From Octopus sinensis (taxonomy: Eukaryota), in contig NW_021831824.1 of NCBI RefSeq assembly GCF_006345805.1, forward strand, positions 1 through 64,000: a DNA stretch of 64,000 bases, given 5' to 3'. The number at the start of each line of letters is the position of its first letter. The first letter of the stretch is position 1. A program made the translations under genes and the position numbers. This document shows, one piece after another, positions 52,424-64,000 of the stretch. The notes beneath the pieces are model-generated. The model saw only the letters and a program-made list of their open reading frames with translations, ran no database searches and was not told the origin of the DNA.

Positions 52424-52730
52424 GTGGAGGCAGGTGGCTTAATAGTTAGGGTGTTGGGCTCATGAGTGTAAGATTCTGGTTTCGATTCCCGGACCGGACG
52501 ACACGTTGTGTTCTTGAGCACAATGCTTCATTTCACGTTGCTCACTCAGTGACCATTCAGTGACCACTCAGCTGGCAGAAATGAGTTGAACCAGCCTTGC
52601 CACATTCTGTGTCACAATGAATATCTCTGAGAACTACGTTTAGGGTAGATGTGTCTGTGGAATACTCAATGACTTTCACGATTATTTAGAGAGTAGACTG
52701 TTACGTAGATCGTAACCGACGGAGTGTCAG
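52424..52730 (+). mobile_element. SINE family C (long-tail, older)
   Basis: gtggaggcaggtggcttaatagttaggg...gagaactacgtt...cgtaaccgacggagtg. Confidence 0.8.
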
Positions 52731-53012
52731 TTTGGTTGTGTGGAATACACTGCGTAAATATCTGAGTATTCCACACAACCTGACTCAGTGAGTAGATAAC
52801 TCAGGTTACTGATTATAGCATCGTCGACAGTGACCGAGATCCCCCCCCCACGTGTAATTATAACAATATAGCATTGGGAGGACATCGTACCGCTGCTGAG
52901 TTGTTATTGTTTGAAATTAATTAATCATGTTTAAAAATCATTTCGCTGAGGTAAACATTTACAATTGCTGATATTCCCGGATTTACTTTTAGATAAAATT
53001 CGTTGTGTGTGT

Positions 53013-53044
<32 letters not shown>

Positions 53045-53483
53045 GTGTGTGCGTGTGTGTGTGTGAGTGTGTGTGTGTGTGTGTTTGTGTGTGTATGTGC
53101 TTGTGTGTGTGTGTGTGTGCGCGCGAGCGGCGTGTATGCATGTATTCATATATATAAAGAAATATATATATATATATACATATAAACATATATATATGTA
53201 TACATATATATAAACACATGCACACGCTCATGTATATATATATATATATAAACATGTATATATCTAAACATATAAACACACACACGTATATATACATATA
53301 TATAAACATGTATATATTTAAATATATATAAGCACACAGACACACACACACGTATTCATCCATATATGCATATGTGCACACATATACACGTATGTGTATA
53401 TTCGTATGCATGTACATATATTCATGTATATATATATATATTAGAACTACGCACCATCGATTAATATCGATTTTCACCCTCAT

Positions 53484-53519
<36 letters not shown>

Positions 53520-53527
<8 letters not shown>

Positions 53528-54245
53528 CTACATACATACATACATAATACATACACACATACATACATACATAAATCATACACACATACATACATACATA
53601 CATACATGCATACATACATAACATACATACATACATACATACATACTACATACATGCATACATAATACATACATACATACATATACTACATACATACTAC
53701 ACACATACATACATACATACATACATATGCATACATATACATACATATATGATACAGACTACATACATACATACATGCATACATACATACATGATACATA
53801 CATACATACATACACACATACATACACGCATACATCCATACATACATACATACATACATAATACATACACACATACATACATACATGCATGCATGCATAC
53901 ATACATACATACATAAATACATCCATACATACATACATACATACATACATACACACGTACATACATACACATACTACATACATACATACATACATACATA
54001 CACACGTACATACATACATACATACATACATACATAATACATACATACATACATACATACATACATACACGTAATACATACATACATACAACATACATAC
54101 ATACATACATACACACGTAATACATACATACATACATACAACATACATACATACATACATACATACATACATACAGACACACACATACATACACACGTAC
54201 ATACATACATACATACAACATACATACATGCATACATACATGATA
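53520..54245. repeat. long degenerate (TACA)n microsatellite
   Basis: ~720 bp of catacata. Similar tracts at 14965-15120, 32500-32765 and 38220-38340. Confidence 0.95.
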
Positions 54246-54896
54246 TGTATGTGTGTGCGTGTGTGTGTGTGAGTGTGTCTGTGTATCTTTCGTTTCTTTC
54301 CGCATTTTCCTGTGCACATTTTTATGCATTTATCACATGTATATTTCATCGTATGGTATAATGTTTTCCTTCATTTTTTAACGCTATTAATTCTTTATAT
54401 TGTCATAATTATTTTTTAATATTGTATTTTTCCAATATTTTATTATTATTATTATATTATTATTATTTTTGCAAATGAGATTAGTTTTGAATATTTAGCA
54501 AAATTATCGATTCTCAGCTTAAACTTTACAACACAAAAAAATATCGCTGAAAATGATAACAGTGGAGAAGGGGGCGGAGAGAATGGATGAACAGGAAGAA
54601 GAAAACAAAAACGCGAAATCTTGATGGAATCCTGCAGAGATTGGCATGTGGACCGGAGTTAAAATAGCTTATCAGCAAAACTTTTGGTGGAACTTTATAA
54701 AATGCCTACACCTGTTACATTGGGTTACGATGGTAATTTAAGATAGGAGAGCGAAGAAAAATAGTGTGTATTTGTGTGTGTGTGTGTGTGTGTCTGTGTG
54801 GGTGTGTGTGTGTGGCTGTGTCGGTGTGTGTGAGTACTAATACAGATATCTGTACAGGCACACCACACACACAAACTATATATGTATATATATGTA

Positions 54897-54955
<59 letters not shown>

Positions 54956-55196
54956 AGTCTGTATATAGATATAATATATAACACACACATATACATAATA
55001 TACATATATATAACTTATATATACATATATATATATATATATATTCTATATATATATATATATATACATATATAAATATGCATATATATATGTAATATAT
55101 ATGTACATATATATATATATGCACACATATACATATTTATAAGCATATATAAATATATATATATATAAAAGCATATATATATACATATATATAACC

Positions 55197-55227
<31 letters not shown>

Positions 55228-57829
55228 ACATATATATATATATATATATACATATATATATACAAATATACATATATACATATATATATAAATATATATA
55301 TAATTATATATATATATAGCATATATATATACATATATACATACATATATATATATGATATATATACACATACACAAAGAAAAAGAGAAACGAAGATACA
55401 TAGAGGGAAATATTGCATGCATGTAGATAGATAGATACAGACAGACAGACAGAGAGGAAAAGAGAGATACAGAGAGAGATAGGAAGAGTGTAAGATAGGC
55501 ATTCAGAGAAACAACTCCAAGATTAATTCTTTTTTTTTTTTTGTAATTCTCAAATTTGGATTGTTCGTACATACACGCTAATGTATAACGGTGTATGTTT
55601 ATGTATGTATACATGTATTTATTAGCACGCGCGAGTGTGTGTGTGTGTGTTAGTATATGTGTATGCAGACGCGTGTACGCACGTTCATGTGTGTGTCTAT
55701 GTGTGTGCAAGTTTGCATGTGTACATATATATCTCTACGATTTATGATGCAGATTGCTGACACAACAATAAAAGCATCAACTGTAAAAATGAGAGCAGAT
55801 GCGTACGCAGTAGGGGAGCGCGGCACGAAATGTGAAACCAGAAACTGGCACCCCTATCAGTGTTTAAGAGAACCTAACTCTTATTGGCTCTGTTCATCAA
55901 GCGCAATAAGGTTAGCTACATCGGACTGATCATAATTCATCGCTGAGAGTGGCAACATTATGAAATTAACCCTTTGCCTGCCATGAGCCTCTTTTGGGGA
56001 TCTGCTAAAAACAATCTCGCTGCCGGCTGTTCTTTGTATTTAAAGGGAATTACTTACGTGAATTGCATTTTCAGAGGTGTTTTTAACAATATTTAGTAGT
56101 TAAAGTTAGTCGTTATTAGCTCTGGCTAATTCTTGAGGACATTTTATGTCATAAAACGCAATTTTTTGAACTACAAAAATATTGACTGTTTTGAAAACGG
56201 TTTTTTTGTTTTTATTCATTTTCAATCTATATAAATCATAAATATTTCATACACATTCGCATTTGATTCTATAGTTTCAAAAAACTAAAATGCTTATTAA
56301 TGCAATTGAACAGAAAAGGATAAATATGCTTTTTTTTTTATTTGAACGACCCCCATTTGAGACATTTCGAAATATCTATCATAATTTCCAAAATAATTCA
56401 CATATGAAGAAAATTTTAATACTATATATTATAACTCCTAAGACACCTGGTAAAGATATTGTATAAAAGTCTCTTCTCGGTTAAATGTAATTCAGAATCA
56501 TGCTATTTGAGTACAGAGATGTGTCTCTCTTCAGATCACCAACGGAAAGACAACATTAACTCCATGATTGAAGGCCCATAATCTTTCGGTTGGCGTGGGT
56601 ATGTTGTTAATACAAATATCCTTAAAAAGACAAACTCCGTTGCAACTTAAACATTTGAAGGTACTGCTGATATCCTAAAGAGTTTAGTCGAACAAATCTA
56701 CCCTGGTACTAATTTTATAAAGCTTGGTATTTATTCTGTCGGTTTGTTTTGCTAAACCACTAAGTTACAGGGACGTAAACAACCCAGCACCGGCTGTAAA
56801 GCGGTGAAAGATACTAGGCTTAAGAAAATGAGTCTTGGGATCAATTTGTTCGACTAAACCCTTCAAGGCGTTGCTCCAGCATGGCCGCGGTGACATGACT
56901 GAAACAAATAAAACAATAAAAGAATATATATTCTTTACATATATTTCAGTTTCCGTCTACCAAATCCACTCACCGGGCTTTGGTCGGTTCGAGGTTATGA
57001 GAGAAATCACTTGACCAAGGTACCACGCAATGGGAACGAACCCGGCACCATGTGGTTGGGAAGCAAACTTCTTACCACTTCTTAACCACAGCCACCATAC
57101 CTTCTCCCATATGAATGTATGTATGTATGTATGTATGTATGTATTTAAGTATGTATGTATGTATGTATTTAAGTATATATGAATGTATGTACGTAAGTAT
57201 GTACGTACGTAGGTTTGTAGGTACGTACGTAAGTATTTACGTAAGTATGTACGTAAGTATGGACGTAAATATGTATGTATGTGCGTATGTATGTACGTAA
57301 GTATGTATGAATGTATGTATGCAAATATGTGTGTAAGTATGTAAGTATGTAGGCGTATATATACGTGAGCATGTATGCATTCATGTAAATACGTATGTGC
57401 ATACGTAAGCATGTTTGTACGTAAGAAATTGTCTTTACTTTCCTTTTGTAACACAAAAACATCCCATTATTCGCCATTATTTTCTTTTCTCTTAGCGCTC
57501 CGACATTCTATTTTCTCTTATTAAAACAGCTTTGTTTTCACTTAGAGGTTCTTGGTAAACCTGATATAGATGTCGAACATGCTGCTTTTCTCGTCGGCGA
57601 ACATTTAAAAAAGTTTCTCAACAACTTTAAATAAAACTTTCTCAAATTAACGGTAAATAATGACGTGGGGGTAGCGGGAAAAAATACACACACACAGAGA
57701 ACTAAATATGGATCGCGTTTCGGCTTATTACCATAATCAACTCCAACGTTGCTGAGGTGACTTTGAACAAATACATACATACATACATACATACATACAT
57801 ACATGTGAGCATGTATAGATGGATGGATG

Positions 57830-57977
57830 TGTGTATATATATATACATATACATATATATATACATACATATATATATACATATATATATATATACATAT
57901 ATATATTATATATATATACATATATATATATATACATTATATATACATATATATATATATACATATATATATGTATA

Positions 57978-58017
<40 letters not shown>

Positions 58018-58059
58018 TATATGTATATATATGTATATATATATATATGTATGTATATA

Positions 58060-58103
<44 letters not shown>

Positions 58104-58196
58104 TATATATATATGTATATATATATGTATATGTATATATATATATGTATATATATATGTATATATACATATATATATATAATACATATATATATA

Positions 58197-58260
<64 letters not shown>
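57830..58260. repeat. long degenerate (TA)n microsatellite
   Basis: One of dozens of TA tracts, e.g. 6005-6400, 54880-55370, 60865-61072 and 61820-62190. Confidence 0.95.
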
Positions 58261-58468
58261 GAAAGTTATCCAAACGTGAAAACACAAAGAAAACACAACA
58301 GCGCGAGGACGTGGAACAAGTATAGTGTTATTGGACGCACAGGAAGGAAGAAAGAAGGAGGACTTAACGTTTCCAGCGGAGCTCTTCGTCAGAAACATAG
58401 GAAGAGGATAGATCCAAGGAAGGGAAGACGGCGGGGAAAAAAATCGCCAACGATACACACGCGGTACA
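58261..58468 (-). mobile_element. Penelope-like terminal fragment (P2-related) with canonical-core minimal hammerhead
   Basis: Minus strand ttt-CTGACGA-a-GAGC-tcc-GCTG-GAAACGTT-aa (58364-58395), pyrimidine-rich flanks, 3' end abutting (TA)n. Confidence 0.6.
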
Positions 58469-58689
58469 AAAGTGTCCAAAACGTTGCTTTTTCTGGAAAC
58501 GGAAAAATAGTTTCACCATTCCATTGCAAACCCGTTTGACAATTTTTTATATCTTGATATCTGAAACAGCTGGAGATACGTTAGTTTGACCAAAGGATCT
58601 GGCTATTGCAAGCAAAATTAATATTGTAAAAACGAATTTGGCCAAATTTGGACATACGACAGTTTAACATAATAGCAACGATATGTATA

Positions 58690-58728
<39 letters not shown>

Positions 58729-58944
58729 TGTATGTATTCATAGATACTAATATATACATGCATATATACATATACACACACATACCTCTATATGTATGCT
58801 TGAAGGACAGTTGTTCCTTTTAATAATTGTTGTTAATGATTATATATATATATAATACTAATACAATTGTTCGTTTGTTTTCCACCTGCCTTCGTCTTTT
58901 GTTTATTTCATAAAGCTTCCCGTTAATATATATATATAGACGCA

Positions 58945-58999
<55 letters not shown>

Positions 59000-59041
59000 T
59001 ATAACACCACACTATATACACCACACACACATACACCACAC

Positions 59042-59075
<34 letters not shown>

Positions 59076-59859
59076 GGATCAAAATAATTAGATTCTGGCG
59101 TGATGCTAGTCGTCAGCCAATTTTCATATGCATATAAACTCTCACCGTCACCGCTATCATCAGTTCCAACACAAAGACCATTTATACTAAAGCCAATACA
59201 ATTAATGCCATTATCAACTCATCACTTCTCATTGACCAACAAGAATAGCAACAATAATATAAACAATAAAACCAACTTCATCTGAAATAACAGAAAACAA
59301 TTTCAGGAGATAATGTGGAACCCTGGTGTATCTTTAATGTGGAATGTAAAGTCTTTGAATTTTGGTCAATAAGATGTCTTGAAACTAAACAACTGCAACA
59401 ATAGAATAAGCAGAATAATATGACCACTGCCAACAACAACAATACTTCCATCATCGTCATTGGTATCATCACCGATATCAAGACCAATACACCCAACACT
59501 ACCACTAGTTCCCACTCCAACTTGTGAATAATCAACTGGCAACAATGATAGTTTCAGCATGATAATAATGCCTGTAGCTACCTATTCTGTATGTCATGGC
59601 AGCATGGAGTGAGTAGAGTGTGCAACTTTTTATGGATCAAATGAGAGGTACAAGGAGAGTAGTGCCCTTGAACCTCATTTCCCTTCTTACATAGATGGGA
59701 ATAAGAAAATAATGTTTTATTCTCAAAAAATAGTTGATGTTACGTTTGCTACATATCTGTTAAAGATAATTATTGATCGCCGCCGCTATTGGATTTGCCC
59801 ACAATTATAGATGTTTGCAAGTAAGCCATCAAGTGGAACTGAAAGTTGTGGTGGGGGAA

Positions 59860-60085
59860 AGAAACAGCAAAATGATTGCAGTGGATATTAAACTTGATGT
59901 TTTAAAAAGGTTTGATACGAGAGAAGAAAAGTCAGCGACATTGCTAAAACAGGAAAGTTTGCAACGTCTACAGTGAGAACAACAGAGAGAATATTAACTC
60001 AATACCTCCAGAAGTGTCTCCGTCAACTGACAGGAACTCTTTTTGGAAAGTGTAATGTGATGCTTAAACTGGAACGGCTCTTGTT
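59860..60085 (+). mobile_element. Tigger/pogo transposase N-terminal HTH fragment
   Basis: KMIAVDIKLDVLKRFDTRE..STV....LERLL resembles CENP-B-type RKxITLExKLxIIxRxExGE..STV..MEKLL. Confidence 0.55.
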
Positions 60086-60470
60086 TTTTTCTCTCTCTAG
60101 TTTCAGCTCAGAGCTGCGGCCATGTTGATGCACCGCCGTTTTGCTACACTGTTATTACTAAGAGCCTCCTCTAATATGTGGCACTTGGTGAAGCATGGAG
60201 TTAGATATAGCTACCCTCATTTGCACTCATTTGGGAATCTCGACAGGAAGAGGTCCAGCTTTGATTTATAAACACCTACATCTACTTTGTGGAAGTTCCT
60301 CGGACTCTTCGGGAGAATATTAAAAAGCTGTTGGCCCTTGAAACCCAGGCGTGTGCAGGAATAAAAAATATACGGTCACGCTGTGTTCCTGACTCTACAA
60401 GGTTTCCACAAGCAGAAAGAAATTCAAAACATATTGTGGCCCTTGAAAATGATGTAGTGTTTCAAAAGTC

Positions 60471-60531
<61 letters not shown>

Positions 60532-60556
60532 TATAATATGTATGTATAATTACGTA

Positions 60557-60856
60557 TATGCACTTGCATAGCGAGTGACTTGATCTGAGATCGATATGCA
60601 CTTGCATAGCGAGGATTTGATCTGATTCTGAGATCGTGTGCTGGAATGAAAACAGTTGCAGCGTGGAAGGTGTTTATAAGTGATTTAAGAAACACACAAA
60701 AAAAACCGTTAGATTCACTTCAACATTTAGATTTAATTTGTCCGCGGTCTCAAAGCGACGAAAATATTTTGACAAATTAAATTTAAATGTTGAAGTGAAT
60801 CTAATGGTTTTTGTGTTTCTTAATGGCTTATAAACACCTTCCACGCTGCAATTGTT
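60557..60856 (-). mobile_element. Penelope-like family P3: palindrome with ~90-bp arms plus tail, in (TA)n
   Basis: 60651-60742 is mirrored at 60770-60856; homologous to 6989-7211 and 31811-32010. Confidence 0.65.
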
Positions 60857-60879
60857 ATGCGTAGATATATAATATATAT

Positions 60880-60965
<86 letters not shown>

Positions 60966-61002
60966 TATATATATATATATCTCTACATATATATATATAT
61001 AT

Positions 61003-61036
<34 letters not shown>

Positions 61037-61072
61037 GATATATATATATATATAATATATATATATATATAT

Positions 61073-61345
61073 AATTATATTAAATTAGAGATAAATCCAC
61101 TATTAGGCAAATCATACAATGAAAAACTTAAGCCAATACATAAGATTATTTAATTTATATTATTTAAATATATAACAAAATTAAAAAATCTATGTATTGG
61201 CTCTAAGTTTTTCATTGTATGATTTGCCTAATAGTGGTTTTATCTCTAATTTAATATAATATAATATAATATTTTACTATAAAATTGGATTCAATCCTAA
61301 ATCTGATTTTTCCCTGTAAGTTTGGATTTATTCCCTAATATTTAG
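61073..61345 (+). mobile_element. palindrome with ~70-bp arms plus tail in (TA)n; putative PLE inverted terminus
   Basis: attatattaaattagagataaa.ccactattaggcaaatcatacaatgaaaaactta is mirrored at ~61190-61260. The tail tttttccctgtaagtttgga.tt is shared with ~11798-11835. Confidence 0.65.
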
Positions 61346-61353
61346 ATTATATC

Positions 61354-61408
<55 letters not shown>

Positions 61409-61873
61409 TAAATGTCTCTTGTATTTTTAGTAATGTTAGTGTTTAATCCTGCCTATATACTGACTGATTGAAATAATGTCGTTATTAAGCTTTACTTTTA
61501 TATTACACTACGCAAGACGGTAGGGATTATAAATTTTTATGACTTAATAGAGTTGTCGCTGTTTAGTTACGTATTTTAGAGCGGTTGTAATTTACTTATG
61601 GAATTAATTTATCGATACGGTTATACATTGGGTAAATGTGTTTGGAAGTTGTGGTTTCTTTGGTTTGGTTGTTCCCAAACAGCACTTATTTTAATGCTGT
61701 TGACACCGCCGGATTGAATGGTACTGTCGAAACCATAATGATATCCGTGGGGCAGCTGATGATGGAAGTTTGTTGGATTGTTGGTATGGCTGTGGACTAG
61801 TATTATAACACATCCTTTTGATATATGCATATATATACATATATACATACGTATGTATACATATATAACATAT

Positions 61874-61908
<35 letters not shown>

Positions 61909-62086
61909 CATACATGTATAGATCATATATTACATACATATATATATATACAACATGTATATGCATATATATATATATATACATACATATTATAATGCAT
62001 ATGTATATATACATATATATATACATATATATATGTGTATATATATACATATATATATACATATATATATACATATATATATACAC

Positions 62087-62118
<32 letters not shown>

Positions 62119-62426
62119 CATAGATATACACATATATATACATATATATATACACACACACACACACACATACACACATATATATACACATTAGTGTATA
62201 TTTGGAAATTATTTTCATAAATATAAATGACTGTGGTGTTTTCTCTTTTTTTCTGATGGCGGTGGGGGGCGTTCTTGCAGAGTTGTGAATGAAGATGATT
62301 ATGCTTTTTCGAACATATCCGCCGGAACGAATTGTCATTTTGTAACATGAAAAGCAATGGGAATATTAATCTCGCGTTACGGCAGGCCTTTGATGGGCGC
62401 ATTACTCTCGTAATGCAAGGGATTCT

Positions 62427-62476
<50 letters not shown>

Positions 62477-63399
62477 ACGTTTGTATGGTTGGATGGTTGG
62501 ATGGATGTATAAACTTTAATTGATTCTTTTATATTAGGCACTCGGCCCCTTTTTTGAAAGTGAAGGCGGTATAACCGTCATTAGGGAACGGGCTGGCCAG
62601 CTGTCACTCAGCATCGAGCAAGTTAACTATCATGAAACGTTCGCCGGCAAATCATTTATTTGGGGACAGTTGAAGTTTGCGAAACGGTGATGAGGAAGGG
62701 TGGAGTTATGTTTGAGCCTTGTCTACAAATTCGTGTCAATTGATAGAATTCAGAGACCAATTGCATTTTTATTTCCATGACAACCGAAAATCCTTACTCG
62801 GCTACTAGTATTTAGATGAACGGGTTGCTGTGATATTGGAATAGAGGTACAGTAAAGTACACACCACGCGAATACTGTTTGGTTATTCGTTTATTCTTTT
62901 ATACGGTTCAGCCCGAAACTTATGGCCATGCTGGAGCACCACCAGTTTTTTACTGTTTTAATTTTTATTTGTTTCAGTCACTAGCTGTGGCCATGCTAGG
63001 GCACCAGTTTTAAGTGTTTTAAGCGTTTATTTCATCTCTCCAGTACTTACTTTTATGTTTGATATTTAGCTTATCGATCTCTGATTATCGAACCACCATT
63101 ATATATAGTTGAGGTTCCCATCAACCACCACTGTGTGTGTCTGTATGTGTGTGTGTGTGGTGCTTGATGGTGGTTGACGTCCTTAACTTCTTGACAGAGT
63201 CATAGGTGGAAGCTATCCTGATATACGGTTTGTCTCGCGTATTTTTAACCTGGTGGGAGTCCATCGCTTTCCAGGTTTGAAAACAACAGATGTCTTCCAG
63301 GATGAAAGTGTGGGAGGCAGTGAGAGTGAGAGAGAGAAAGAGAGACAGGGAAGGAGGGAGTGTGAAGAAGAAGAAGAAGAAGAAGAAGAAGAAGAAGAG

Positions 63400-63430
<31 letters not shown>

Positions 63431-63659
63431 GTCAACACTTGTACATGACTGGTACTTTATTTATCGACTCTAGAAAGATGAAAGGTAAAATTGGTTAATC
63501 TATATTTCTAGAAGATGTTTGTACTTGTCTATAATTCTTCCAACAATGGTCAACGACCCCAATCCCCAGTATTCGACTGGTACTTATTTTATCGATAAGT
63601 CCCCTCCCTTACAATGTCAAATTTTGTTGCTGTCGTAGAAAGAATTATTGTTGATTAGC

Positions 63660-63860
63660 CTCAGAGCAGTGAATTGCCTGAATTGTTAGAGCGTCGGACC
63701 AAATGCTTAATCAAACTGTTGATGTTTACGTTCTGAGTTCAAATCATACTTACTGAGGTCGACTTTGTCTTTCATCATTTTGTGGTTGATAAAATAGATA
63801 CTAGTTGAACACTGAGGTCAATGTATTCGGTTAACCCTCAGCTCTAAAACTGCTATTGGG
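63660..63860 (+). mobile_element. SINE family A (old)
   Basis: tttacgttctgagttcaaat...gaggtcgactttgtctttcatc. Confidence 0.75.
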
Positions 63861-64000
63861 TTGTCCAGATAGTTCGTGCCGATTTTAAAGGAAAGAAAAA
63901 GGTCAATAAATACTTGCCATTACATTTTTAATCAACCAAATATGAACTATTTTGTTGCACAATGCGTCTCCATCTTTCCTTTAACTTGAAAATACCCTCT

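Noticed and set aside
55967-56490. piggyBac-like MITE starting TTAA-CCCTTT
   Set aside because: No convincing matching right TIR found.
63180-63430. LINE 3' end with (GAA)n tail
   Set aside because: No recognisable protein motif; the tract may be an independent microsatellite.

Overview
AT-rich, repeat-saturated eukaryotic DNA, very probably non-coding (intronic or intergenic) sequence from an Octopus/coleoid cephalopod genome. I find no credible intact host gene; almost all listed ORFs are read-throughs of (TA)n, (CA)n, (TACA)n, (AAT)n and (GATA)n microsatellites. The window holds many copies of three tRNA-derived SINE families, several with clear target-site duplications (TSDs) and some as head-to-tail multimers. 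It also holds decayed LINEs (RTE, Tx1/L1-type ORF1, R4/Dong), a Penelope-like element (PLE) GIY-YIG remnant broken by a 43-bp minisatellite, Tigger and mariner fragments, two non-autonomous Helitrons, and several MITEs, one of them Merlin-like with telomeric repeats. The most interesting signal is a set of unrelated short elements that sit mostly inside (TA)n tracts. They show either a long near-perfect palindrome with a one-sided tail or type I hammerhead-ribozyme motifs (canonical, minimal and variant cores). I interpret them as a diverse community of microsatellite-targeting, ribozyme-bearing Penelope-like retroelement termini or non-autonomous derivatives. All calls are by eye; coordinates of degenerate elements are approximate.
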